Source: Armatimonadota bacterium
GTDB taxonomy: Bacteria > Armatimonadota > Zipacnadia > Zipacnadales > UBA5352
Assembly (NCBI GenBank): GCA_034722055.1
Contig: JAYENL010000221.1
Span: 8,681 to 72,680 of the forward strand
Direction of reading: 5' to 3'
Length of the DNA stretch: 64,000 bases
Shown here: one piece after another, positions 32,701-41,800 of the stretch
Numbering within the stretch: position 1 is the stretch's first letter
Layout: each line of letters starts with the position of its first letter
Notes under the pieces: generated by a model
What the model saw: the letters and a program-made list of their open reading frames with translations, nothing else
The model's database searches: none
What the model was told of the DNA's origin: nothing
Position numbers and translations under genes: made by a program

Positions 32701-34137
32701 ATCCCGGTGAGCGTGGAGATCGGCGGGGTCGAGGGCGTGCCGGTGCGGCCGGGGATCGCTGCCGAGGGGCCGGCAGAGGTCGTGGGGCCAGCCGGCGGCG
32801 CCACGCTGCGCGTCGGTGACGACGCGCAGCCGGGCGAGCACATCACGCTCATCGGCGAGGCCATGATCGGCCCGGAGGGGCAGGCGGCGCCGGTGCGCGT
32901 CACCAAGGCCCTTACGGTGGTGACGCCGCTGGGCGTGACGCTGACCAACGAGGGCACCGATCCTGGCACCGGCGCGTTGCGCGTGGGCGCGACCGTGCGG
33001 AACAACCTGGCCGACGCCACCACCGCGCAGCTTGTCCTGCGAGCGCCCGAGGGCTGGCGCGCGCCGCAGGAGCGCAACGTGGAGCTGCCGGCCGGCGGCG
33101 AGGAGCGCGTCTCGGGGCTGCTGCAGCCGGGCGAGGGCGCGGAGGCCGGACTCGTGGAGGTATTCGCCACAGCCACGGCCGGCGATGCCAGCGAGACGGT
33201 CAGCGGCACCATGCTCTACATTCCCGCCGAGGCGAACCTGCTCCGCAACCCCGGCTTCGAGGACGGGCTGAACGGCTGGAGCGTGACGGGAAGCGCCGAG
33301 ATCGATCAGCAGGTGGCGCACGGCGGGGAGGCGTCGCTGCGGCTGCGCAACGCGAAGGCGGCCGACGAGAGCCAGGTCAGCCAGACAGTGAGTCTCAATC
33401 AGGAGCGGCCCTGCCCGATTCTGGTGCGGGCCGCCTCGCGCGCCCAGGACGTGAGCGGCTACGCGGGCCGGGAGTACTCCCTCTACGTGGACATCTACTA
33501 CACGGATGGGACGCCGCTGTACGGGCAGATCGTGGCTTTCGAGCCGGGGACCGGTGACTGGCAGATCGCCGAGCAGGTCATCGAGCCCGAGAAGCCGATC
33601 CGCGACGTGAACGTGTATCTGCTGCTGCGCCGGCGCTCAGGCACAGCCTGGTTCGACGACGTGGCGGTGATGGAGGACCCCAGGCGCAAGGGCAACATCG
33701 CCCGCGAGGCGGCCGTTGAAGCCGACAGCTTCTACTCCCACTACGATGCCGAGCCGATCAACGATGGCGTGGTGCACCCGCCCGAGGACGCCCATTGGAC
33801 CGACGAGTCCTGGGCCTCCGCCGAGAGCCCCAGCGATCACTGGATCGTCCTGCGCTTCGAGGGGCCGCACGCTATCGAGCGCGCGGCGGTCTACTTCAGC
33901 CGCGACGCCGGCATCCCGCGCTCATCACGGGAGCTGCAGTTGCAGGTGCCGGAGGATGGCGGCTGGCGCGCGGTGGCGACCGTCCGCCCGGAGCCGCTGA
34001 GCCCTCACACCCAGATGCGCCTCGAGGAGCCCGTAACCGCGAGGGCCTTCCGCATCCTGCAGCCGGCTGGCCAGGGCCCACGCACCCGGCGGAACCTCAT
34101 GTGGGTCCGCGAGGTGGAGCTGTTCGAGGCGCGGTAG
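29767..34137 (+). CDS. Large secreted modular protein: unassigned catalytic barrel, CBM4/9-like modules, NEW3-like Ig domain, F5/8-type C domain
   Basis: Signal peptide; 'LDGFYYDG', 'ALAYGIFPGFF'; 'YVENGDFS' and 'NLLRNPGFEDG...AWFDDV'; 'APEGW'; 'INDG...WAS...WIVLRF...VREVELF'; start uncertain (29707-29767). Confidence 0.65.
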   Translation: MFRNWTPIAMVCTMVALGGVCMGETVRTADLALTVGDAGEVTALEVSGTMVAGEACPLAELADLTRGAEFVAGTPTGGDLRTGLTLAFEGLQATATIVVQPRGRALHATCHLQGQEDLPARGVLLRINMPVDAIGWQWHDDMQTSREIGPGEVYENVTALREWPDLPEWADEPSLRMGAANRNFCTAITGPVGLCLASPLNRPCIFRTAYDAETGRLQLVYDLALSPDMREPNQWTFEFDLYASDPEWGFRSALAGYYELYPEFFEVHVEEPGMWMAFSPLSQIDNVNEFRFGFQEGAREVAYDDRIGVLDAPYLTHAGEFANIPDHDPEEDPLPPHERLVEVMTEDFRRRTGSEEMYPAVGLHDAEGKLDIRQTRVYGHIIAQFNLDPELPLGQWLLDQADKRTDSVLESSGGRLDGFYYDGLTHGLNYRTEHFQYSEAPPMWDPVAEKPVLNNFFSSCEWARAAAEHFHDQDQITMMNGAFGASFYVAPWLDLFGGETGLRISRENMNYARTITWHKPMLTLLKGNYEQVRDHQQIELFHKRALAYGIFPGFFDWSPSGLGPGGRYWDHPEYYERDRDIFRKYQPLVQTLATAGWEPVTHARSSYDGVFVERFGPAEDGIVWLTLLNEDASPHETTLTIDAQALGLDAGAIRCADVLTGRAIELQGRGAALSADVSVEAGGVMMLQLATPRQAALWRLSQCADTVERGITMREIDADKPPVAFAWHPTDGGYERERAGEGWTLVFDGTDAGTRRAWQWAMLFQPRAAPVTLRVRASADGLQGEGKAGVYIRHAWVSPSFSHYETEYLELPKGTYDAREFEHTIEIEQPLRAIYLRPEVEGGVEGTLRIESITLEDEFADDYVENGDFSRWYEPIPDEMQGRLAAGSGQVAAAIESAREAIGDGLASEASQEALLELGALTTRLREWIHAEEAKDGCRRALRDMETVEQHLGAMLLASLGMPGPRLRAPAMAAVGDEIPVSVEIGGVEGVPVRPGIAAEGPAEVVGPAGGATLRVGDDAQPGEHITLIGEAMIGPEGQAAPVRVTKALTVVTPLGVTLTNEGTDPGTGALRVGATVRNNLADATTAQLVLRAPEGWRAPQERNVELPAGGEERVSGLLQPGEGAEAGLVEVFATATAGDASETVSGTMLYIPAEANLLRNPGFEDGLNGWSVTGSAEIDQQVAHGGEASLRLRNAKAADESQVSQTVSLNQERPCPILVRAASRAQDVSGYAGREYSLYVDIYYTDGTPLYGQIVAFEPGTGDWQIAEQVIEPEKPIRDVNVYLLLRRRSGTAWFDDVAVMEDPRRKGNIAREAAVEADSFYSHYDAEPINDGVVHPPEDAHWTDESWASAESPSDHWIVLRFEGPHAIERAAVYFSRDAGIPRSSRELQLQVPEDGGWRAVATVRPEPLSPHTQMRLEEPVTARAFRILQPAGQGPRTRRNLMWVREVELFEAR

Positions 34138-34139
34138 CC

Positions 34140-36467
34140 TCAGGGCCTCGCCTCCGCGCCGGCCTGGAAGTTGGCCAGCACCTCCTCCGGCGCGAGCGCC
34201 CGGCTGTAGACTGCCACGAGGTGGATGGAGCCCCGCCACGTGCGATCGCGCGTCAGCTCGTTGGCAAGGCCCAGGCGGAAGCTATCGTCCCAGTTCAACA
34301 GATCGCCGCCGACCTGGCCCTCGACCGCGAGCTCGCCATCGATGTAGATGCGCGCGGTACCGTCGGCGGCGCGCGTGTAGACCACGTGCGCCAGCTCCGT
34401 GGTCAGAGAGCCCTCCGGGGCGTCCAGAGAAGGGACGCCGTTGGCGCCGGTCTCCGTGGTGCGTAGCCGCACGATGTAGCGGTCGGCCTGCTGTCCGAGG
34501 GTGAAGTTGCGCTGGCCGGGATCGCGCGAGAGCGTCACGATGCGCGCCGGGCCCTCCTGCTGGAGGCTGGCCGGCTGCACCCACGCCTCCACCGTGATCT
34601 CGTTGCTCTCCATGCAGGCGGCCGCAAGCTCCTCGGCCGGTCGTTGCGAGGCCACCAGCGAGTCCTGGCTCACCACCAGCTCCCCTTCAGCCACGTCGGC
34701 GGCGCTGTCCTCGTCGATCTGCAGCGGCAGCGGCGGGTCGCTGTCGCTGGCATCGTGGATGGTGCCGTCCGCGAAGTCGTGGAAGGTATACAGCGCCAGC
34801 AGGTCCTCGGTGACCCGCGGTGGCTGCTCGGTCCAGGTGAAGGTCACCTCCGTCCCGTCGGGCACCGCGTTGGGCGTGATCCAGGTGTCGGTCACGCCGG
34901 TGACGGTCAGGGTGTACTGCTGCTCCTGCATGGGCGAGGTGCGCAGGGTCACCAGGCTGCCGTCCCCGCTGAGCTCGGCGCCCTGCACCATGACGCCCGG
35001 CTGCACCGCGTAGCTCTCCGTGCTCTGAGCGGTGTCAGGATCGACCGGCTCGGAGAAGCGCAGGCGAACCACCTCCGGATCGCCGCCGGCGTAGGCGGAG
35101 ACGATGCGGGGCGGCGTGGTGTCCGGCCGGGCGCTCTCAAGCAGCAGCACCCAGTCCGGATCCTCGTCGCCCGTCGGCGGGAGGAACGTCTCGGGGCCGT
35201 CCTGGTCGAACTCGCCGATCTCCTGCCGCGAGCCGCTCCTCGGATTGAGCCACGAGGCCCGCACGCCCTCGCCCCGAATCACCCGCAGGTCCACGGCCGC
35301 GGCAATGCTCTCGGGGAAGTAGATCAGCGCGAAGTCGCCCTCGGCGGCGCGGGCCGCCGCCACGTAGTAGCCATCCTCTCCGCCCCCGGAGGCCATCTCC
35401 GTGGCGGGCTGCAGGCGGTGCCAGTCCAGGGAGGTGAGGATACCCTTGAGCTGCCCCATGTGCCGGGCGCCGGGAAGGTCCAGCGCCTGGCGCCACTCGA
35501 TCCCCGGATCCCACCGAGAGTCATCACCTGGGCGCCAGAACTGGAAGACGCCGTTGCAGCCGTAGGTGTGGCCGCAGGCACCGGAGAGGAGCGCGTGCCA
35601 GGCGGCCTTGCGGACGTCGTGGTCATCGATGCGCGGCCCCTCACGCCGCAGCCCGTGGATGATGTTCTCGTAGCGCGGCTCGCCCACGACCGTGGGCTTC
35701 ACGGGCGTGAGGCGGTAGTCGCGGAGCACGTAGCGGTAGTCCGGGTAGTCGATGGAGTGCCCGCTCTGGATCATGTTCAGGTCCAGCCACTGGTCCTGGT
35801 GGAAGAACTCCGAGGAGCTGTGCCCGCCGCCGCGCGGGTGGTAGGTCATCAGGTGCTCCTGCTCCTCGGCGTCCGCGATCCCGGCGGCCAGCCGGCGGAA
35901 GACATCCTCGTGACCATCCGGCAGGCGGTCGCCGCCCAGCACCCACACGATGTTGGGCCGATCGCCCAGTCGAGCGCCCAACCAGTTGCCGTACTCGTAG
36001 GCGTTGCCGGCGTTGATGCGCTCATTGACGGTCACGAAGTCCCCCCAGGCGGGCAACAGCGCCATCACGATACCCCGCTCGGCGGCCATGTCCACGATAC
36101 GCACCACGCGGTCGAAGTACGCCGGGTTCGGCCGCGCGGGGTCACCGTCGAGCCAGGGCTCCTCGCCGTACGGGTTGGGGTCGGGCGATCCCCAGGCGAG
36201 CACGGCCTGCACCACGGTGAAGCCCTTGTCGTGGCGATCGTCGAAGTACTCCGCGGCCTCCCCCTCGGTCAGCTCGGTGAACAGCCCCCAGCCCGTGTCG
36301 CCGAGCCAGAAGAACGGATCACCGTTGCCGTCAACCAGATACCGCCCACTGTCATGCACGCGCAGGTGCAGACTCTCTCCCTGCGCCTGAGCGTTCGTGC
36401 CACACAGGCAGGATACAGCTATCACGAGAACAGATACCTCCAGGGCAATCGCAAGTCGCGAGGCCAT
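34140..36467 (-). CDS. Secreted GH140/DUF4038 apiosidase-like protein with collagen-binding-like, Ig-like and LamG domains
   Basis: 'PFFWLGDTGW', 'NIVWVLGGD', 'TYHPRG', 'MIQSGH', 'GEPRYE', 'GHTYG'; 'WLNPRSG...DWVLLL'; 'DTTPP...FSEPVD'; 'ITVEAWV...VAVYSRAL'. Confidence 0.85.
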   Translation of the reverse strand: MASRLAIALEVSVLVIAVSCLCGTNAQAQGESLHLRVHDSGRYLVDGNGDPFFWLGDTGWGLFTELTEGEAAEYFDDRHDKGFTVVQAVLAWGSPDPNPYGEEPWLDGDPARPNPAYFDRVVRIVDMAAERGIVMALLPAWGDFVTVNERINAGNAYEYGNWLGARLGDRPNIVWVLGGDRLPDGHEDVFRRLAAGIADAEEQEHLMTYHPRGGGHSSSEFFHQDQWLDLNMIQSGHSIDYPDYRYVLRDYRLTPVKPTVVGEPRYENIIHGLRREGPRIDDHDVRKAAWHALLSGACGHTYGCNGVFQFWRPGDDSRWDPGIEWRQALDLPGARHMGQLKGILTSLDWHRLQPATEMASGGGEDGYYVAAARAAEGDFALIYFPESIAAAVDLRVIRGEGVRASWLNPRSGSRQEIGEFDQDGPETFLPPTGDEDPDWVLLLESARPDTTPPRIVSAYAGGDPEVVRLRFSEPVDPDTAQSTESYAVQPGVMVQGAELSGDGSLVTLRTSPMQEQQYTLTVTGVTDTWITPNAVPDGTEVTFTWTEQPPRVTEDLLALYTFHDFADGTIHDASDSDPPLPLQIDEDSAADVAEGELVVSQDSLVASQRPAEELAAACMESNEITVEAWVQPASLQQEGPARIVTLSRDPGQRNFTLGQQADRYIVRLRTTETGANGVPSLDAPEGSLTTELAHVVYTRAADGTARIYIDGELAVEGQVGGDLLNWDDSFRLGLANELTRDRTWRGSIHLVAVYSRALAPEEVLANFQAGAEARP

Positions 36468-36574
36468 TGAGTGAGCCCTCCTCGTGCGCCAGCTTGTTCG
36501 CTACCCCAGTTAAACGCCAACGCCCCAGTCTCGTTCCACGTGTCGCGCCAATGGGAGGCGCTCGCGTGGGCCGC

Positions 36575-37843
36575 TCAGGCCACGGGACTGGTGGTGCGAA
36601 GCAGCGGATTGCCCGGGGCCGAGTATGGCGCGCAGTTGCACACGTAGCGGTCCGGGTGCTGCCCGTGGCGGGCGAAGTCATCGGCGAAGTGCTCCCAGGT
36701 CGTCCGCTGCTCGCGGCAGAATGCGTAGGGAGTCTCGGGGCTCACGCGCTCCAGCTCGTCGATGACGAAGCGGTAGACCTCGTGGCGATAGGCGTCGGGG
36801 ATCTGGGTGCCGTGGGCGATGTCCTCGCGCTCGTCGGTGCGCATCGCCTCCAGCAGCTTCGGGTCGAGCATGTCCGGGTCGAGGTCAGCCAGGACGGCCT
36901 CCAGGTCCATGTAGCGCAGGGTCTCGAAGGTGATCACGTCCGGCTGCACGCGGGAGAAGAGCAGCTCGATCATCTCCCGGATCTCCGCGCGCCAGTTGCG
37001 GACGGGGATGATCGGCGAGAAGCGGTGCCGCACGTGGTAGCCGGCCTCCTGGCACTTGCGGCTGGCCTCGATGCGCTCCTCCATCGGCGCGCTGCGCCAC
37101 TCCATGTGCGTGCTCTGCGTGCGCCCCGCCAGCGACCAGCAGCAGACGGTATGCCCCCGGTGGTCCAGGTCCAGCAGGAAGTCCACGCTCGATGACTTGC
37201 CCACATACAGCTCCAGGAACTGCCCGGGGCGATGTGCGAAGAGGCCAATGAGCAGCTCCGAGGCGCCGTACTGGGGCTCGAAGGCCACGATGTCGGTCCC
37301 GTTGTCATACTGGAAGAGCGTCTGCTCGGGCGCGCGGCTGTCGATAAGCCCCGGGAGGCGCTCCACGTACTCCTCCACGTTCATCATCAGCGTCACGAAG
37401 TGCCCCAGCGAGCAGTAGGCGCAGCGGTAGTGACAGCCCCAGGCGGAGTGAATCTGCCAGGCCGGCTGGCAGACCATGCCCGTCTCCCGCCGGTGCTCGG
37501 GCGAGCCCGATCTGCGCCAGCAGAAGGCGTCGTACCCCGACAGCGGGTAGGTCCCTCGCGAGAGCGTGGGATGGCGCTCCAGGCGTGCCTCGCGCACATG
37601 GTCGGGGTCATCGAAGCGGCCCAGATTGAAGATCACCACCGGGTCGATGTCGCGGTACATCCCGTGGCGGCCGCTCCCGACCTGCTCGGGGTCCTCCATG
37701 ATCTCGCACAGCCGCGCGTCATCGACGGTCTCCACCACGTCAGGGTCGAGGGCATCGCGGAGGCGCCGGGCGCGAGCCGCCGCGCGCGGCTCATCCTCGA
37801 CGCCCTCGACGATCAGCAGCCTGCTGGCCTTCAGTGGCTCCAT
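36575..37843 (-). CDS. Radical SAM protein, spore photoproduct lyase-like
   Basis: CxxxCxxC 'GCHYRCAYC'; 'DIVAFEP', 'WSL', 'ERIEASRKCQEAGYHVRHRFSPIIP', 'YAFCRE'. Confidence 0.8.
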   Translation of the reverse strand: MEPLKASRLLIVEGVEDEPRAAARARRLRDALDPDVVETVDDARLCEIMEDPEQVGSGRHGMYRDIDPVVIFNLGRFDDPDHVREARLERHPTLSRGTYPLSGYDAFCWRRSGSPEHRRETGMVCQPAWQIHSAWGCHYRCAYCSLGHFVTLMMNVEEYVERLPGLIDSRAPEQTLFQYDNGTDIVAFEPQYGASELLIGLFAHRPGQFLELYVGKSSSVDFLLDLDHRGHTVCCWSLAGRTQSTHMEWRSAPMEERIEASRKCQEAGYHVRHRFSPIIPVRNWRAEIREMIELLFSRVQPDVITFETLRYMDLEAVLADLDPDMLDPKLLEAMRTDEREDIAHGTQIPDAYRHEVYRFVIDELERVSPETPYAFCREQRTTWEHFADDFARHGQHPDRYVCNCAPYSAPGNPLLRTTSPVA

Positions 37844-37850
37844 GATGGCG

Positions 37851-38867
37851 TCAGCTCCCGGCCTCGTCCTCATCCCGGCGGTCGAGCCGCCAGGGCCGGC
37901 GGATGCGGAAGGGGTTCTCGAAGGTGTTCTCGATGGCGCGGCGCTCCTCCAGGTGAATCATGCAGGCTCTCATACATCCCCGGCTGCCGCAGATCGCCGA
38001 GGGATGATGGTAGCTCTCCCAGGCGCGCGAGGAGTAGGGCACCTCGTTCATCGCGAAGGTGAAGGGCCCTGAACCGGCGTACGAGAGCATCTCGCTTCGA
38101 GCCTCGCCACGCGGCTCTGAGACCAGCCGGTCCACGTACTTCGACACGTGCTCGGGGAGGAATGGACTGTACTGCGGTGTGCCGACCTGATAGACCGCCG
38201 CGCAGCGGTCCTCGTCGAGCTCGCCCCACTCCACCTCGCGGCCGGCGATGGTGACCTTCACGGAGCTGTCGGGGCTGATGGCATCGCCGGGACACTCCTC
38301 CACGCAGCGCATGCACCGGTCGCACAGCGGCTCTCCCTCGTAGATGCGATCGGGCTCCAGCGGCGCGTCGGTGATGATGAATGCGAAGCGCTGCCGGGGG
38401 CCGAAGCGCGGGGTCAGGAAGACCTTGCTCCAGCCGATCTCGCCCATCCCGCAGATGTAGGCGGCGATCCGGAAGTGCAGAAAGACGTCGGGCCTGGGGT
38501 AGCCCTCCCGGACCGGCTCGCCGACGCCACAGCCCATGCGCACGGAGGTGTTCTGATACAGCACCGCCTCGTAGCCGGAGTCCTCCAGGAAGTCGCCGAC
38601 CTCACGGAGCGCGATGGGGGCGTAGACGTCGTTGATGTTGGCGTAGCCCATGGCGGGGTAGGCCGCGAAGTAGGTGCCCTCCTCAATGCCCCGCAGCAGC
38701 CCGCGGTGCACGCGGAAGCCCAGGCCGATGATGCATCTGGCCTCCGGGAAGATGTAGCGCGGATCGCTCTGCAGCGGCGCGCCTTCGAAGCGCTGGATGT
38801 CGCCGATCCCCACGATGTCGGCGCCGCTTGCGAGTGCGCAGCGCTTCACCTGCTCGGATGTGAGCAT
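37851..38867 (-). CDS. QueG/reductive-dehalogenase-like Fe-S protein
   Basis: 'GADIVGIGDIQRF', 'AAYICGMGEIG', 'LTPRFGPRQRF..IITDAPLEPD', 'CDRCMRCVEECP', 'CGSRGCMRAC'. Confidence 0.8.
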   Translation of the reverse strand: MLTSEQVKRCALASGADIVGIGDIQRFEGAPLQSDPRYIFPEARCIIGLGFRVHRGLLRGIEEGTYFAAYPAMGYANINDVYAPIALREVGDFLEDSGYEAVLYQNTSVRMGCGVGEPVREGYPRPDVFLHFRIAAYICGMGEIGWSKVFLTPRFGPRQRFAFIITDAPLEPDRIYEGEPLCDRCMRCVEECPGDAISPDSSVKVTIAGREVEWGELDEDRCAAVYQVGTPQYSPFLPEHVSKYVDRLVSEPRGEARSEMLSYAGSGPFTFAMNEVPYSSRAWESYHHPSAICGSRGCMRACMIHLEERRAIENTFENPFRIRRPWRLDRRDEDEAGS

Positions 38868-38889
38868 CGAACATCTCCTCCGGTCGGCC

Positions 38890-41800
38890 TCAGGGCTGTG
38901 GGTGCTTGATGCGCAGGTACTCCTCCAGGTCCGGTCGGTCGTACTCCGACTGCCAGCTCAGCAGCGGCGGGGTGTAGGGCGGCCCTCCCTGCTCGTCAAC
39001 CCGCGCGATGTCCGCCCACGTCTCCTCGCTCAGCTCCGGATCGCCCTCCAGCGCGGACATCACGTAGATGGCGTCATTCATGCCGAAGAGGGCGCCGGCC
39101 ACCGAGCCTCGCAGCATCCCCCGCGGGCCGCCGTAGAACCCGGAATTGTGCGGCACCACCTCCACCAGCAGCCTGTTCGTGGAGGCCCAGTCGCGCAGGT
39201 AGCTCCGGTACGGCTCCGGGTCGTCCGCGTGCAGCGCGGCGAAGACCACGGCCTTGCGGAAGGTCCCGGGATCGTCGCGCTCGGCGACGACGCGATCGGC
39301 CACGCGGATGAACGCCTCCCTCAGCTCCTCGTGGCCGGTCAGGTCGTAGTACTCCATCAGCGCGTGCGCCGCGCCGAAGGTCCAGAAGAACATGCTGGAT
39401 CCATTGACGTCCCGCTCCTGGGATTGGCAGACGACGTCGGGGAACTCCACGTTCGGCGAGATGCACAGCCCCTGGTCCACGATGAAGCAGGGCACGTAGC
39501 GCTCCAGGATCGATGCCGCCTCCTCGCTGCCGGTCATCTCCCACCAGGTCATCAGGCCCTGCAGGCGCCCGCTGTGCGCGGCGTGGATATGAACATCGCG
39601 CTGGGAGTAGATCTCGTCGTAGAGGAACCGCGCGAAGTCGCGCGAGCGCATCTCGCCGGAGAGGTAGTGGTGGTAGCGGAACTCTGAGTGCGTCGTCTGG
39701 CGCTCCTCGTGGTTGCCGTCGGACCAGTGCTGAACGCCGTGGCGCGTGCCGCGGCCGAGCCACTTGCCGGCGTGGCGCATGTCCACGTCGCGAACGTGCC
39801 GGGCCATGGCCTCGCAGAAGAAGAACATCTCCCGGTCGCCGGTGCGCAGGTACTGGTTCTGCATGAACAGCCCTGGCAGCCCCTCGGTGTTCGTCCAGCC
39901 CCACCTCCCGTTGTCATAGGCCCACTCCACCGGTGGCGCGTAGTCGAGTTGCCGCACATCGCTCACGTCGATCTCCTCGTAGTCCTCCGGCGGGTCAACC
40001 AGCAGCTCGGCGAGGTCGTCAGGCGGGACGATCCACCCGTAGCCGCCCTTGTAGTAGTGCTGCACGTCCCCGTAGTCCCAACAGCCGTACCAGCCCCACA
40101 GCCTCTGGTGGTGCATCCAGAAGCGAGCGAAGTGGTCCAGGTTCGCCGCCATGCGCGCGAAGCCGGGGGCGCCGGGCCTGGGCTGGGGCGGGATGACCTC
40201 CGTGTCCAGGTACCAGTCGGCGCCGCAGTAGAGCAGGGGGCGGCGCTGGAAGTCGCCGGCAACGGCGTCCACTGTGGCGGCATCGACATCCGGCCCGTGG
40301 AAGTAGAGCAGCAGCTCGTGGGTCTTCGTGACCCCGACGAAGGGATCGTTCGGGTAGTAGGTGTTCTCGACCCAGTCGCTGTTGGCCGAGACGGACTCGC
40401 CCTGACTGCGATGTGGGTAGTTGGAGTAGCGCCGCACATCCATCAGCGGCAGGTCCTCAGGCCAGAAGTACGCGACCATCCGCCCGCCCTCGATGTCGGC
40501 GAGCAGCTCATTGGGGAACTGCTGCCACATGTCGCGCATGACCATGGCCACGCCGCCGTCGGGGCCGGAGAGGTCGAGCCACCCCCGCGAGCGTCCGTTC
40601 GCCTCGTCGACGCGCGGGAAGCGCTCGGCCTCGTGCTGGCTCCACGCCTGGTAGCCGAGATGGCTGTGCTGGCGGAGGCCGGCCCGGCGACCGCCCTCCA
40701 GCGCCACCGGGCCATCCTGGCCGCCGGCGGTGACGCGGCTCCCGGCGTCCGCGAGGGGTAGCTCGAAGCCCATCCGCCGCACGAAGGCCTCCCGGGGATC
40801 GGCGTGCAGGAACTCCGCGCTCTGGGAGATACGCACGCAGCGGCGGCCGGCAAAGGCCTCCAGGCGTATGACCATTCGCGGGGACTCCTCGGCGGTGGTC
40901 ATGCCGGTGAGCTTGACCACCGCGCGCAGCGGCCCGGCCTCCTCCAGATCGATGCTCTCGGGGATGAAGCTGCCGGGATCGAGCCTGCCCTGGGGCTGGG
41001 TGGTCATGGAGTCGTAGCCCTCAGCCGGGCGGAGGAAGTCCACGAAGCTGCCGCCCGGCTCCGAGAGGACCTCGGCGCCGTCGAGGGTGACGCTGCGCAG
41101 CCAGCCCTGCTCCACCGCCACCTCAAGCTGCAGCGGGCCGGTGTCGATGCGCACGGTGTCGCCCTCACGAGCGGCCGAGAGCCGGTTCGCCGGCGTGCCA
41201 CTCCGCGCATCGCCGCCGTAGAGCAGCGCGTACTCGTCCGCGGAGCCGTCGCGCCGCGTGACCTGGAAGCCAAGGGCATCGCCGCCGCCCTCGGCGCCCT
41301 CCACCTCACCGCCCTCTGGCGGGAAGGTCAGCAGCAGCCACTTGACCGAGCCGTCGGGCCAGTAGGCCAGCGCACGCGTCTGCACCGGGACGTCGCGCCC
41401 ATCCCGCTGCAGGCGGACATGTCCCGGCTCGGCCAGCGCCCCCCGCGGCAGCGGCACGCCGCCGGAGATCAATGGCGCCTCCCGCTCGGCGCTCTGCTCA
41501 GCGAGCGGGTTGAGGCCACCCAGCGGCGGCTCATTGCGTGCGGGCGGGTCGCTGGCGAGGCCCTCGACGCCCCAGTGGTTCGCCAGCGCCACATCCGGCT
41601 GGGCGAAGCTGAACTCGTCGTCGAAGGCCGCAAGGTCGATGACGTGCGGCGCGCCGAACACCGCCTCCGCCTGCGGCGAGGCGACGTGCAGCGCCGGCAG
41701 GCCCTGGTGCCACAGGCAGACTCGAGCCTCGCCGGAGTCCTCCGCCATCACGCGCAACGACTTCGGCGCCCGGTCGGCGAAGCCTCGATAGGCGAAGATC

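Noticed and set aside
37851..38867. Calling this queG or a respiratory reductive dehalogenase
   Set aside because: No Tat signal or rdhB anchor, and the C-terminal cluster motif is atypical; only the fold-level call is supportable.
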